Assembly: GCA_028110365.1 (NCBI GenBank)
Contig: JAOGVT010000002.1
Coordinates: forward strand, 19,180 to 83,179
DNA length: 64,000 nt
From: Flavobacteriales bacterium
GTDB taxonomy: Bacteria > Bacteroidota > Bacteroidia > Flavobacteriales > UBA7430
Direction of reading: 5' to 3'
The position numbers and the translations under genes are program-made. Every line of letters starts with the position of its first letter. Within the stretch, counting starts at the first letter, position 1. Shown here one piece after another: positions 16,600-26,762 of this stretch. The notes below the pieces were generated by a model. That model worked only from the letters and a program-made list of their open reading frames with translations. It was not told the origin of the DNA and did not search any database.

Positions 16600-17568
16600 A
16601 TGAAAAAAATTTACCTTTTTAGCATCGCACTTATAGGTGCCTTTACGATGCAAGCACAAGACTGTTCTAACCTCTTTATTTCTGAGTACGTAGAAGGTTG
16701 GAGTAACAACAAAGCAATCGAATTGTACAACCCAACCAATGAAACCATAGATTTATCAAACTATGCGCTCTCAAGATGGAGTAATGGAGGAACTACGCCA
16801 CAGAGAACTGTACTAGAAGGTGCTGTAGCACCAGGTCAAACTTTTGTAGTTGCCATTGACAAAAGAGATCCAAATGGAGAAGGTTTTGAAGCTCCTTTAT
16901 GGGATGGATGGTACTATTACACAGATAGTGTTTCGGGCTTACCAGACAGTATTTACACTGCAGATGAAGACCTTTTAGGTAAAGTTGATTTGTATATTTG
17001 CCCAAATTATGAAGATGGTACCATGTACTATAACGGTAACGATGCTGTAACTTTAGAAGACCCAAGTGGAAATGTTTTTTACGATATGTTTGGAAAAATC
17101 GGAGAAGATCCAGGTGACGGATGGGGTGATGAAATGGGCTATATTTGGACTCAAAATAAAACGTTAGTTAGAAAACCATCTGTTAAATCTGGTTTTCTTT
17201 ACGACCCAATGCAACCTTATACGTTTGACCCTTCAGTTCAGTGGGATTCACTCCCAGCGAATACATTTGCAGGACTAGGTGAACACACTTGTGATTGTGA
17301 GTCTGTAGTATCTATTAAAGAAATTCAAAATTCTGTTTCAATGTATCCAAATCCGAATTCTTCGGGACAACTTACCATTGATGCTAACATCAATTTAACT
17401 TCTATTGCTATTTATAACATCCTAGGAGAAAAAGTATTTAGCAAAAATTACGACAATTCATCTATTACAGAAACACTAACCTTAGATGCGTCAATTAAAG
17501 GATTGTTCTTTGTTGAAGTTAGACTTCAAAACAAAAAAACCATTCTTAATAAGTTACTTATAAATTAA
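16600..17568 (+). CDS. Lamin tail domain (LTD)-containing secreted protein with a T9SS type A sorting domain
   Basis: 322 aa with a signal peptide (FTMQA|QD). The LTD-like core reads LFISEYVEGWSNNKAIELYNPTNETIDLSNYAL...GNDAVTLEDPSGNVFYDMFG. The C-terminus has YPNPNSSGQLTI...IYNILGEKV...GLFFVEV. Confidence 0.75.
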   Translation: MKKIYLFSIALIGAFTMQAQDCSNLFISEYVEGWSNNKAIELYNPTNETIDLSNYALSRWSNGGTTPQRTVLEGAVAPGQTFVVAIDKRDPNGEGFEAPLWDGWYYYTDSVSGLPDSIYTADEDLLGKVDLYICPNYEDGTMYYNGNDAVTLEDPSGNVFYDMFGKIGEDPGDGWGDEMGYIWTQNKTLVRKPSVKSGFLYDPMQPYTFDPSVQWDSLPANTFAGLGEHTCDCESVVSIKEIQNSVSMYPNPNSSGQLTIDANINLTSIAIYNILGEKVFSKNYDNSSITETLTLDASIKGLFFVEVRLQNKKTILNKLLIN

Positions 17569-17570
17569 TA

Positions 17571-17599
17571 AAAAGCCCCTTGTATGGGGCTTTTTTTTT
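17571..17599 (+). terminator. Rho-independent terminator or attenuator between the LTD gene and the TonB-dependent receptor gene
   Basis: The stem agcccc(17574-17579)/ggggct(17586-17591) has a 6-nt loop and is followed by a run of 9 T. Confidence 0.7.
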
Positions 17600-17607
17600 C
17601 CTCTCTC

Positions 17608-20370
17608 ATGAAAAAAACCCTCTTCTTGTTAGTCCTAATTTATGGGATCACTCTTCAGGCTCAAGTAACCCTTAAAGGGTATGTTTTTGATAATGCTACA
17701 AACGAAACCCTAATTGGAGCTACCATAGTTTCTTCTAATGGAGCTGGTACTGTTACAGACTTTAATGGGTTTTACCAAATCTCTTTACCTCAAGGAAAAA
17801 CAGAATTGAGTGTATCTTATGTTGGATACGAAGAGTTAAAAAAAACCATTACGCTTTACAGCGATACCGAATTAAACCTATCACTTTCAAGTCAAATTTT
17901 AAATGAAGTTGAACTGGTTTCTGACATTGCACGATCTAGAGAAACGCCGGTAGCATTTTCAAACATCAGCCCAAAACAGCTTCAAGAAGAGCTTGCCGGA
18001 CAAGACATTCCTTTAATTCTCAACAGTACACCAGGAGTTTATGCCACCCAAAGTGGTGGTGGTGACGGGGATGCAAGAATTTCTATTCGTGGTTTTAACC
18101 AACGTAACGTTGCTGTTATGGTGGATGGGATTCCCATGAACGATATGGAAAATGGTTGGGTCTACTGGTCAAACTGGTTTGGCTTGGATGTAATGACCAA
18201 AACCATACAAGTACAACGTGGCTTAGGAGCCTCTAAACTAGCTATACCAGCAGTTGGAGGTACCATGAATATACTTACCAAAGGAATAGATTCTAAAAAA
18301 GGTTTAAAATTTAGTCAAGACGTTGGAAATAACGGTTATCTAAAATCCACGATTGGCTACAACAGCGGAAAACTAAAAAATGGATGGGGCTATTCTTTAG
18401 CAGCATCTTACAAAGAAAACAACGGATGGGTCGACCAAACTTGGTCTCAAGGAACATTCTATTACCTCAAAATTCAGAAAAAAATTAAAAACCACCGATT
18501 GTCTTTTACCGCTTTCGGGGCACCACAAAGCCATGGGCAACGCTCTTACAAAAAAGCAATTACCTTATATGATAAAAGTTTTGCCGCAGATCTGGGTATA
18601 GATACTACAGGCGTAGTAGGTGACTTTGGGCTTCGATACAACGAACATTGGGGAAGATTAAACAGGTACACGGTTAACTTTGATGAGAATGGAAATCCGA
18701 CCGATACAACTTTTGCGGAAAACGAAATTGTAAATTCCAAAATGAATTACTACCACAAACCTCAAATAAGTTTAAACCATCTTTGGGCGGCTAGTGAAAA
18801 ACTTGTCGTTTCAAATGTGCTCTACGTTTCGCTGGGTAATGGAGGAGGAACTGGTGCAAATCCTAGTATTTCAGCTGATAATTTTGGTGCTGATAATCAA
18901 ATTGATTTCCAAAGTATTTACGATAATAATTCGGGTAATACCAGGCATCCTTTCTTAGGAGATCTGTCTATTGATATAAACTACAGCCCAACAGAGCATA
19001 AGGCCACTCAATTTATAAGAAGCTCCATAAACAACCACCGTTGGTTTGGTTTGCTGTCAACTTACAATCACGAAACTAGTGAAGAAATTACGCTTTCTGG
19101 TGGTATCGACTTAAGACATTATACAGGAGAGCACTATCGAGAAGCATACGACTTATTAGGTGGTGATTATTACGTTGCCAACGACAACGTTGCAGCATCA
19201 GATTCATCTGCTATAATTCGTAAAGGAGACAAATTTTCTTACCATAACGATGGTATCGTAAAATGGGCTGGCGTTTTTCAACAAATGGAATACAAAGCTG
19301 GAAATTGGACCGCTTTTGTTAATGTCTCCTTATCAAATACGGGTTACAAAAGAATTGACTATTTCAGACCTTTAGATCTTGTTTTAGAAGACACAACCTA
19401 TGTTCAAGCACTTTCCTATGGTGATACCATTTCCCGAGACGGAGTAAATTATACCGTAGACTCGAAAGAAGCTCGTGCAACTGAAAGCGATTGGAAATGG
19501 ATTCCGGGCTATACACTAAAAACTGGATTTAACTACAATATTGATGAATACAACAATGCGTTCATGAATATTGGTTATCTAGAAAAAGCACCAAAATTTG
19601 GTAATATTTTCGACTTTGACAATCAGCTTTTTGCAAATATTAAAAACGAAGAAGTTTCTGCAATAGAACTAGGACATAGTTATAACAGCCCGAGGTTTAG
19701 CACAAATCTTAATCTATACCACACGCAGTGGAAAAACAAACCACAATCGGGTAGTACAATTGTAGACGGAGACCCTGTAAAATACAACATCAACGGAATT
19801 AATGCATTGCACCAAGGAATAGAAATAGATGCATCTTTTAAAATAAGTAGAGATCTAACGATCCAGGTTTTAAGTAGTATTGGAAATTGGCGTTGGACTT
19901 CTGGAGATACCATTAGAAGTTATGATGACAACAACAATTTATTGGGTGTGGATTACTTTGACGCAACTGGGGTTCATGTAGGAGATGCTGCACAGCTTCA
20001 AATTGGATCAAGTATACGATACAGTCCGCTAAAAAATGGCTACATCACACTTAAAGCCATGCACTACGATAACCACTATGCAGATTTTAATCCTTTTGAT
20101 TTAAGAGGAGGAAACGAAGGAAGAGATTCTTGGAAAATACCCGCATACGAACTCTTTGATATTCATGCAGGATATCGCTTCCAATATCAAAAAGTATTTA
20201 TTGATCTGAAACTAAACGTACTCAATGTTTTAAATACAGGTTATATCTCAGATGCTTTAAACAACGATCCTTATATATCCGGTAATCAAAATAACTTTGA
20301 CGCAGGTTCCGCTTCTGTATTCTTCGGAATGGGTAGACGATTTACCACTTCATTTAAACTCTCTTTTTAA
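17608..20370 (+). CDS. TonB-dependent receptor (CarboxypepD_reg-like N-domain, plug and barrel)
   Basis: The signal peptide is MKKTLFLLVLIYGITLQA|Q. It also has VTLKGYVFDNATNETLIGATI, the plug motif ISIRGFNQRNVAVMVDGIPMND and a C-terminal ...TTSFKLSF. The track start at 17584 lies inside the upstream terminator hairpin, so I use the ATG at 17608. Confidence 0.9.
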   Translation: MKKTLFLLVLIYGITLQAQVTLKGYVFDNATNETLIGATIVSSNGAGTVTDFNGFYQISLPQGKTELSVSYVGYEELKKTITLYSDTELNLSLSSQILNEVELVSDIARSRETPVAFSNISPKQLQEELAGQDIPLILNSTPGVYATQSGGGDGDARISIRGFNQRNVAVMVDGIPMNDMENGWVYWSNWFGLDVMTKTIQVQRGLGASKLAIPAVGGTMNILTKGIDSKKGLKFSQDVGNNGYLKSTIGYNSGKLKNGWGYSLAASYKENNGWVDQTWSQGTFYYLKIQKKIKNHRLSFTAFGAPQSHGQRSYKKAITLYDKSFAADLGIDTTGVVGDFGLRYNEHWGRLNRYTVNFDENGNPTDTTFAENEIVNSKMNYYHKPQISLNHLWAASEKLVVSNVLYVSLGNGGGTGANPSISADNFGADNQIDFQSIYDNNSGNTRHPFLGDLSIDINYSPTEHKATQFIRSSINNHRWFGLLSTYNHETSEEITLSGGIDLRHYTGEHYREAYDLLGGDYYVANDNVAASDSSAIIRKGDKFSYHNDGIVKWAGVFQQMEYKAGNWTAFVNVSLSNTGYKRIDYFRPLDLVLEDTTYVQALSYGDTISRDGVNYTVDSKEARATESDWKWIPGYTLKTGFNYNIDEYNNAFMNIGYLEKAPKFGNIFDFDNQLFANIKNEEVSAIELGHSYNSPRFSTNLNLYHTQWKNKPQSGSTIVDGDPVKYNINGINALHQGIEIDASFKISRDLTIQVLSSIGNWRWTSGDTIRSYDDNNNLLGVDYFDATGVHVGDAAQLQIGSSIRYSPLKNGYITLKAMHYDNHYADFNPFDLRGGNEGRDSWKIPAYELFDIHAGYRFQYQKVFIDLKLNVLNVLNTGYISDALNNDPYISGNQNNFDAGSASVFFGMGRRFTTSFKLSF

Positions 20371-20379
20371 TAAAAACTC

Positions 20380-22530
20380 ATGAAAAAAACAATCTATTTA
20401 TTTGCGCTTTATTGTGGTACTTTATTAGCTCAAAGCCCAAGTTATTATGAAAACCTTCAACAATTAACAGGAGATGCGCTTGAAGATGCACTTCATGAGT
20501 TGATCAAAGATCACAGTGAGTTTTCATACAGTTCGGCAAAGCAAATTCTAAAAGACAGTGACCAAGATCCGAACAATACAGACAATGTAATATTGGTCTA
20601 CAAAGAAACCTCTATTCCTAAAAGTAATTTCGCCAGCAACAATCAATCTGATTACTGGAACAGGGAGCACGTTTGGGCAAAATCGCATGGGAATTTTACC
20701 AACTATGGCGATCTAGGCGCTTACAGTGATGCACACAACCTAAAACCTTGCGATGCAAGTATAAATTCTGCAAGAGGTTACAAAGATTTCGACAATGGAG
20801 GCTCTCAAAATAACGAGGCAACAAATTGTTACGCTACAAATACAACCTGGGAGCCAGGAGACAATGTAAAAGGAGATGTTGCACGAATTATTTTTTACAT
20901 GCATACGCGTTACAGTGGAAATGGAGAGCCGAACTTAAATATCGTTGACTTTACGCCTACCTTCCCGAACTCTCAAATGGGAAAATTATCTACGCTTTTA
21001 GCATGGAACGAGTTAGACCCTGTAGATGCATTTGAAAGAAGAAGAAATGACGTGATTTACGGATGGCAAAACAACAGAAACCCTTTTGTTGATTATCCAG
21101 AATTGGCAAACAGAATATGGGGAGAAGCGCAACCAAACAGTGTTCAATTTGTAGATGTAAACCTAGGAAATGCTGCGCCTAATGAAACCGATACACAAAC
21201 TGTAAATGCAGAAATAATGTACGGAACATCTATTGAATTAGATGTCGTATTGACCTGGGGAACCTCTTGGTACAATTTAGACAATGAAGTTCAAATGACC
21301 AATGTAGATAACTTATGGTCAGCTTCAATACCTACTCAAGTTGCAGGAGCAGATGTTAAATATAAAATAGTTGCACAAGCTGGAAGCTATGAAAATACTT
21401 TTTATGGAAACTATGAAGTAACCCTTAATCCTTTTCAAGGGCAAATCACAAGCATCCAATCCATACAAGGAACAACGAACGACTCACCATTTGCTGGACA
21501 AACAGTATCCACAACAGGAATAGTAACAGGAACTTTTGGGAATAGTTTTTACATTCAAAATGGTGCAGGAATGCGTTCTGGAATATACGTTTATAATTCT
21601 GCCATTTTCCCTGAACTAGGAGACAGTGTAATCGTAACAGGTGAAATAACAGAATACTACGAATTAACTGAATTTGCTTTCCCTGACGATGTCTATATTT
21701 TAACCTCTAATAACCCGATACCAGAACCTATAGAAATAAGTACTTCGGAGTTAGCAAACGAAGATTTGGAAGGTGTGTTGGTTAAGGTATCTGACGTTAC
21801 AGTTACCTACGCTACTTTTAACTTTGATGATTACGGTGCTTGGCGAGTAAATGATGGCTCTGGTGAATGTATTATTCACAACACAGAGGGAGCATTTGAA
21901 TACCCTGCTGTAGTTGGAGAAGAAATTAGCTCAGTTACCGGTATTTGTAGTTTCAATTACGATGAGTGGAAAATTGAACTTCGGATAGAGGATGATGTAC
22001 AAGGTGGTGAAGGTAGTAACGGTCTTAACATTACAAGTGTAGAGGCGATAAACCAATCAACAATTGTGGTCTTATTTTCCAATCCTGTAGGTAGTGAAAG
22101 TGCTGAAAACACAGCTAACTATAGCATCACTAACAATGCAGTAGTTACCAGTGCGGCAAGACACCCATTTCAATCGAACAAAGTTACATTGACGGTGGAG
22201 AATATGAATGCGGGTAATTATACGCTTACTATTGAGAATGTGCAAGATGAAGAGGGTAATGTGGTTAACGAAAATGAAAACCAATTTAATTATTTGTCTG
22301 TTAACGATTCTAAAAATACGCCTCTCACAATATATCCTAACCCATCAAACGGAATCATTAGCATTGATGGATTAGAAAAAGGGGCTACTTTTGAGGTTTG
22401 CAATACACTAGGAAAAGTCATTAGACGATACAACGCTTCGGGATCAGCAGAGCATATCAACTTAAATTTAACCAATGGATTGTATTTTATTAAATACAAA
22501 TCCAACGTCAAACAAATTGTTGTAAATTAA
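20380..22530 (+). CDS. Secreted multidomain endonuclease I family nuclease with a T9SS type A sorting domain
   Basis: 716 aa with a signal peptide (TLLA|QS). The Endonuclease_1-like motifs are WNREHVWAKSHG, DAHNLKPCDASINSARG, GDVARIIFYM and NNRNPFVDYPE. A middle region resembles the OB-like module of ExeM/NucH nucleases (IQGTTNDSPFAGQTVSTTGIVTG...FYIQN...GIYVY...GDSVIVTGEITEYYELTE). The C-terminus has YPNPSNGIISI...GLYFIKY. Confidence 0.85.
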   Translation: MKKTIYLFALYCGTLLAQSPSYYENLQQLTGDALEDALHELIKDHSEFSYSSAKQILKDSDQDPNNTDNVILVYKETSIPKSNFASNNQSDYWNREHVWAKSHGNFTNYGDLGAYSDAHNLKPCDASINSARGYKDFDNGGSQNNEATNCYATNTTWEPGDNVKGDVARIIFYMHTRYSGNGEPNLNIVDFTPTFPNSQMGKLSTLLAWNELDPVDAFERRRNDVIYGWQNNRNPFVDYPELANRIWGEAQPNSVQFVDVNLGNAAPNETDTQTVNAEIMYGTSIELDVVLTWGTSWYNLDNEVQMTNVDNLWSASIPTQVAGADVKYKIVAQAGSYENTFYGNYEVTLNPFQGQITSIQSIQGTTNDSPFAGQTVSTTGIVTGTFGNSFYIQNGAGMRSGIYVYNSAIFPELGDSVIVTGEITEYYELTEFAFPDDVYILTSNNPIPEPIEISTSELANEDLEGVLVKVSDVTVTYATFNFDDYGAWRVNDGSGECIIHNTEGAFEYPAVVGEEISSVTGICSFNYDEWKIELRIEDDVQGGEGSNGLNITSVEAINQSTIVVLFSNPVGSESAENTANYSITNNAVVTSAARHPFQSNKVTLTVENMNAGNYTLTIENVQDEEGNVVNENENQFNYLSVNDSKNTPLTIYPNPSNGIISIDGLEKGATFEVCNTLGKVIRRYNASGSAEHINLNLTNGLYFIKYKSNVKQIVVN

Positions 22531-22532
22531 TT

Positions 22533-22566
22533 AAAAAAAGCCTCTCAAACGAGAGGCTTTTTTTTT
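22533..22566 (+). terminator. Rho-independent terminator (can act in both directions)
   Basis: The stem aagcctctc(22538-22546)/gagaggctt(22551-22559) has the loop aaac. An A-run precedes it and a T-run follows. Confidence 0.85.
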
Positions 22567-22667
22567 GATAAAAATATCTGAGGGAGTAGATTATTCAAAG
22601 TTATAGTTAAATATAGTAAAATATATTTGTATATACAAATAATAACCCGTGTTTCAATCAGGGATAC

Positions 22668-23126
22668 TTAACCTAAAGAAGAACGAAGTACATCTAAAAG
22701 CAAGTTAAAATCTTCAAGTTTTGAAAAGGGAAGATCAAAAGATTTCTTTTGAAAATCAGTTACCTCCTTATCTAAATCAGTGACAAAACGAAAGCCAAGG
22801 TCGGTTATTGAGACCAGGATATTTCTTTTATCATTTACATTAACAACTCGAATTGCATAGCCCTTATCCAGGAGTTTGTCTACCAAACGAGATGCATTTG
22901 ACATTTTATGAATCATTCTTCTGTGGAGATCACCACTAGACATAGAATTTGGAAACTGGCCCCGAAGAATTCTTAACACATTGTATTGTTGAGAACTCAC
23001 ACCAAAGGGCTTTATAAATTTATTAAAATTGGCTTCAAATAAAGCAGCGGTATAAATAAGATTGACAAAAGACTTCTCCTGTTCTGAATGAAACCCTTTT
23101 GCTTGTATATCGTCTTTTAAACTCAA
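22668..23126 (-). CDS. MarR family transcriptional regulator
   Basis: 152 aa. The winged-helix region reads SSQQYNVLRILRG...SSGDLHRRMIHKMSNASRLVDKLLDKGYAIR. The gene starts 1 nt after the metG stop. Confidence 0.8.
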   Translation of the reverse strand: MSLKDDIQAKGFHSEQEKSFVNLIYTAALFEANFNKFIKPFGVSSQQYNVLRILRGQFPNSMSSGDLHRRMIHKMSNASRLVDKLLDKGYAIRVVNVNDKRNILVSITDLGFRFVTDLDKEVTDFQKKSFDLPFSKLEDFNLLLDVLRSSLG

Positions 23127-23127
23127 A

Positions 23128-25167
23128 TTATGCTATTATTGATCCGTTTGATGTGGTTACTGATGGGGTAACAAAAGTTAACGTTCCGTCTTTATCCTCA
23201 GCCATTAAAACCATGCCCTGAGACTCGATTCCTTTTATTGTTCTAGGAGCTAAATTTACCAAAATAGAAACCTGATGGCCAATGATATCCTCAGGCTTGT
23301 AATGCTCTGCTATTCCAGAAACTACTGTACGAATATCTAAACCAGTGTCAATTTCTAATTTCAACAATTTTTTAGTTTTCTTAACTTTTTCTGCAGAAAC
23401 AATGGAACCAACACGAATATCCATAGCACTAAAGTCTTCAAACTTAACGTTCTCTTTTTGAGATTGAACAACTTGATTTGCAAGTTTTGTCGCTTCTAAC
23501 TTTTCCAATTGTGCTTCCATCTCAGCGTCTTCTACTTTTCGGAAAAGTAATTCTGCCTTTCCTATTTTCATCTCTGGGGCTAACAATGAGTCTTCGCCAG
23601 CTTTATGCCAAGGCAAATGAGCTAAACAAAGCATCGTTCTTAATTTCGCTGAAGTAAAGGGTAAAAAAGGTTCAGAAACAATCGCTAAATTTGCAGCTAT
23701 TTGTAGCGCAATATTCATAATTGTTTTGGTGCGTATTTCATCTGTTTTCACCAATTTCCAAGGTTCCTCATCTGCTAAATACTTATTTCCTAATCTGGCC
23801 AAGTTCATCATTTCTGCCAAAGCTTCTCTAAATCGATAAGATTCAATCGATTTTGAAATCTTCGAAGGGAAGTCCTTTAATTGTGTTAACACATCCTTAT
23901 CTCTAGCAGTGAGCTCGGCTTTCTCTGGAATAGCACCCTCGTAATACTTATTGGTTAATACCACTACTCTATTAATAAAGTTCCCGTATATACCTACCAA
24001 TTCAGAATTATTTCGCGTTTGAAAATCCTTCCAAGTAAAATCATTGTCTTTTGTTTCTGGAGCTGTAGCACATAACACATAGCGCATTACATCTTGCATA
24101 CCTGGGAAGTCTTCTAAATACTCATGCAACCAAACAGCCCAATTTCTTGAAGTAGATATTTTGGCCCCTTCTAAATTTAAAAACTCATTGGCTGGAACAT
24201 TTTCTGGTACAATAAAATCGCCGTGAGCTTTTAACATCGTTGGAAATATAATACAATGAAAAACGATGTTGTCTTTGCCAATAAATTGCACCATCTTGGT
24301 ATCTTCAGATTTCCAATAAGGACGCCAATCTTTTCCATTATCTTCTGCCCATTGTTTGGTAGCAGAAATGTAGCCAATAGGAGCATCAAACCAAACGTAA
24401 AGTACTTTACCTTCAGCACCAGCTGCAGGAACGGGTATACCCCAATCTAGATCACGAGTGACCGCACGAGGTTGTAAACCTTGGTCAAGCCATGATTTAC
24501 ACTGCCCATAAACATTAGACTTCCAATCGGATTTATGCCCGTCTAAAATCCATTCTTTAAGCCAATTTTCGTATTTATCTAGAGGTAAAAACCAATGTTT
24601 GGTTTCCTTCATTATGGGTTTATTTCCACTCAAAGCAGATTTAGGTTCAATTAAATCTGTGGCATTTAAAGAAGTACCGCACTGCTCACATTGATCGCCA
24701 TAAGCACCATCACTTTTACAATGAGGACAAATTCCAGTGATGTATCTATCGGCTAAAAACGCTTGCTCTTTTTCATCAAAATATTGTGCACTGACCTTTT
24801 CTATAAACAAACCTTGGCTGTGCAGTTCTGTGAAAAATTCAGAAGCCGTTTGATGATGCATTTTAGAAGATGTTCTATGATAAATATCGAAACTGATGCC
24901 TAATTCTTTAAAAGAATCTCCAATGATTTTATGATATTTATCTACTACCTGCTGCGGAGAAACGCCTTCTTTTTTAGCAGAAATTGTAATCGGTACGCCG
25001 TGCTCATCTGAGCCGCAAACAAAGACTACATCCTTTTTATTAGAGCGTAAAAAACGAGCGTAAATATCACTTGGAATATAAACTCCTGCTAAATGCCCAA
25101 TATGTACTGGGCCGTTTGTATAGGGCAAAGCTGCCGTTATGGTGTATCTTTTTGCTTCTGCAGACAT
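23128..25167 (-). CDS. metG: Methionine--tRNA ligase
   Basis: 679 aa. It has [12 protein letters not shown], a Zn knuckle (CPHC...CEQC), KISTSRN (KMSKS motif) and a C-terminal tRNA-binding domain. Confidence 0.95.
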   Translation of the reverse strand: MSAEAKRYTITAALPYTNGPVHIGHLAGVYIPSDIYARFLRSNKKDVVFVCGSDEHGVPITISAKKEGVSPQQVVDKYHKIIGDSFKELGISFDIYHRTSSKMHHQTASEFFTELHSQGLFIEKVSAQYFDEKEQAFLADRYITGICPHCKSDGAYGDQCEQCGTSLNATDLIEPKSALSGNKPIMKETKHWFLPLDKYENWLKEWILDGHKSDWKSNVYGQCKSWLDQGLQPRAVTRDLDWGIPVPAAGAEGKVLYVWFDAPIGYISATKQWAEDNGKDWRPYWKSEDTKMVQFIGKDNIVFHCIIFPTMLKAHGDFIVPENVPANEFLNLEGAKISTSRNWAVWLHEYLEDFPGMQDVMRYVLCATAPETKDNDFTWKDFQTRNNSELVGIYGNFINRVVVLTNKYYEGAIPEKAELTARDKDVLTQLKDFPSKISKSIESYRFREALAEMMNLARLGNKYLADEEPWKLVKTDEIRTKTIMNIALQIAANLAIVSEPFLPFTSAKLRTMLCLAHLPWHKAGEDSLLAPEMKIGKAELLFRKVEDAEMEAQLEKLEATKLANQVVQSQKENVKFEDFSAMDIRVGSIVSAEKVKKTKKLLKLEIDTGLDIRTVVSGIAEHYKPEDIIGHQVSILVNLAPRTIKGIESQGMVLMAEDKDGTLTFVTPSVTTSNGSIIA

Positions 25168-25370
25168 GGTTAAGTCATTTGTGTAACCAACAAATATAAG
25201 CTTTGATTTTGTAGAAAATGCAAAACAACAACACTCTTTAATTCATAACAAATAGAGGTATTAATGAGCTGTTTTACACACAACGCCAAAAAATAAAATT
25301 GAGTAATATAGGTACACAAAGCGAAATGTAATAGAAATGGCAAGAAACACTTATCTTTAAAACAAAAAGT

Positions 25371-26270
25371 TTGGAAACAAAACAAATACCTATTCTAAAA
25401 TCAAACGATCAAATCGTGTTAATTTCTACAGCACGAAAAGTGAGCATAGCAGAACTTAAGTATTCTATTCAACTTCTTAAGTCGTGGGGTTTAAAAGTAG
25501 TACTTGGTAAAAACCTCTACCAAGAAGAACATCAATTTGCAGGTTCTGTTACTCAAAGAACGCAAGATCTTCAGGAAGCCCTAAACAATACAGCTATAAA
25601 AGCTGTGTTTTTTGTTCGTGGAGGCTACGGCTCTATTCAGGTTCTTGATGCAATTGATTGGTCTTCTTTTGCAGCAAACCCAAAATGGCTTATTGGCTTT
25701 AGTGATGTAAGCGTTTTTCATGCTCATATACAAGAAAACTATAAAACACCCACCCTACACGCACCCATGCCAATTACCTTTGAAAGCAGTACAAAATCAT
25801 CATTAAATAATTTAAAAAAAATGCTTTTTGGGAAACATATTTCTTATGAATTTGAAACTCATGAGTATAATAGAAAAGGTAAAGTTGAAGCTGAAATTGT
25901 AGGTGGAAACTTGTCAATACTATTCAGTCTATTAGGCTCGAATAGTCAACTAAACACAACAGGAAAGATTTTATTTATTGAAGATTTAGACGAATACCTT
26001 TACCACATAGACAGAATGATGCATGCCCTTGAAAGAGCTGGCATGCTAACTAATTTAGCGGGTTTACTAGTTGGTGGTATGAGTGAAATGAATGATCATA
26101 AAATTCCGTTTGGAAAAAGTGCTGAGCAAATTATTCGTGATATTACATTGAAATACGACTTTCCAATTGCATTTAACTTTCCAGGTGGGCACATCAAAGA
26201 CAACCAGCCGCTTAAATTAGGTGAAAAAGTTATTTTAGAAATAAAAAGCACCACTACCCTAAAACAATAA
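25371..26270 (+). CDS. LD-carboxypeptidase (peptidase S66 family)
   Basis: 299 aa with a TTG start. It has RGGYGS, GFSDVSVFH and a C-terminal GGHIKDNQPLKLG. Confidence 0.8.
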   Translation: METKQIPILKSNDQIVLISTARKVSIAELKYSIQLLKSWGLKVVLGKNLYQEEHQFAGSVTQRTQDLQEALNNTAIKAVFFVRGGYGSIQVLDAIDWSSFAANPKWLIGFSDVSVFHAHIQENYKTPTLHAPMPITFESSTKSSLNNLKKMLFGKHISYEFETHEYNRKGKVEAEIVGGNLSILFSLLGSNSQLNTTGKILFIEDLDEYLYHIDRMMHALERAGMLTNLAGLLVGGMSEMNDHKIPFGKSAEQIIRDITLKYDFPIAFNFPGGHIKDNQPLKLGEKVILEIKSTTTLKQ

Positions 26271-26310
26271 TATTCGCTTATGTATACTTCAAATTCACAC
26301 ATATACAGTA

Positions 26311-26667
26311 ATGGCAGATCACAATGATTTAGGAAGACAAGGAGAAGCTATAGCAGAGAAGTTTCTGAAAAAAAAAGGCTTTTCGGTCTTAGTCTGTAAC
26401 TGGCAATTAAACCGACATGAAGTAGACATTATTGCACTTGATAAGGAATTTCTGGTCTTTATTGAAGTTAAAACTCGTTCTAACTTAAAATATGGCTATC
26501 CAGATGAGGCCGTCGACTTTAAAAAAGAAAAAATGCTGATTGAGGCCGCGGAAATGTATTTAGAAAAAGAAAATCTAACGTACGAAGTTCGTTTTGATAT
26601 TGTATCAGTAATAAAAAATGAAAGCGAAGAAAAGATATTCCATATAATCGATGCTTTTCAGGGATAA
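26311..26667 (+). CDS. YraN family protein (UPF0102, predicted endonuclease fold)
   Basis: 118 aa. The sequence reads GRQGEAIAEKFLKKKGF...EVDIIA...LVFIEVKTRS. Confidence 0.8.
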   Translation: MADHNDLGRQGEAIAEKFLKKKGFSVLVCNWQLNRHEVDIIALDKEFLVFIEVKTRSNLKYGYPDEAVDFKKEKMLIEAAEMYLEKENLTYEVRFDIVSVIKNESEEKIFHIIDAFQG

Positions 26668-26762
26668 AAATCGTTAAAAAATGGGAACCTTAATGAAAGC
26701 GATACATCTATCGGTCCGACGTCAACTGAATTGTTATCTTTGATAAATTTCAAAATATAAAG

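Noticed and set aside
17584-17607. N-terminal extensions in the ORF track (17584, 31058, 59160, 62132, and the TTG at 16475)
   Set aside because: In each case a downstream ATG gives a canonical N-terminus (a signal peptide, [21 protein letters not shown] or MSDSLVIIPTYNE). The extension overlaps a terminator hairpin, a promoter box or the preceding gene.
25170-25385. 71-aa ORF filling the metG / LD-carboxypeptidase divergent spacer
   Set aside because: It is Cys/Phe/Leu-rich, sits in a promoter region and overlaps the TTG start of the downstream gene. Nothing supports it.
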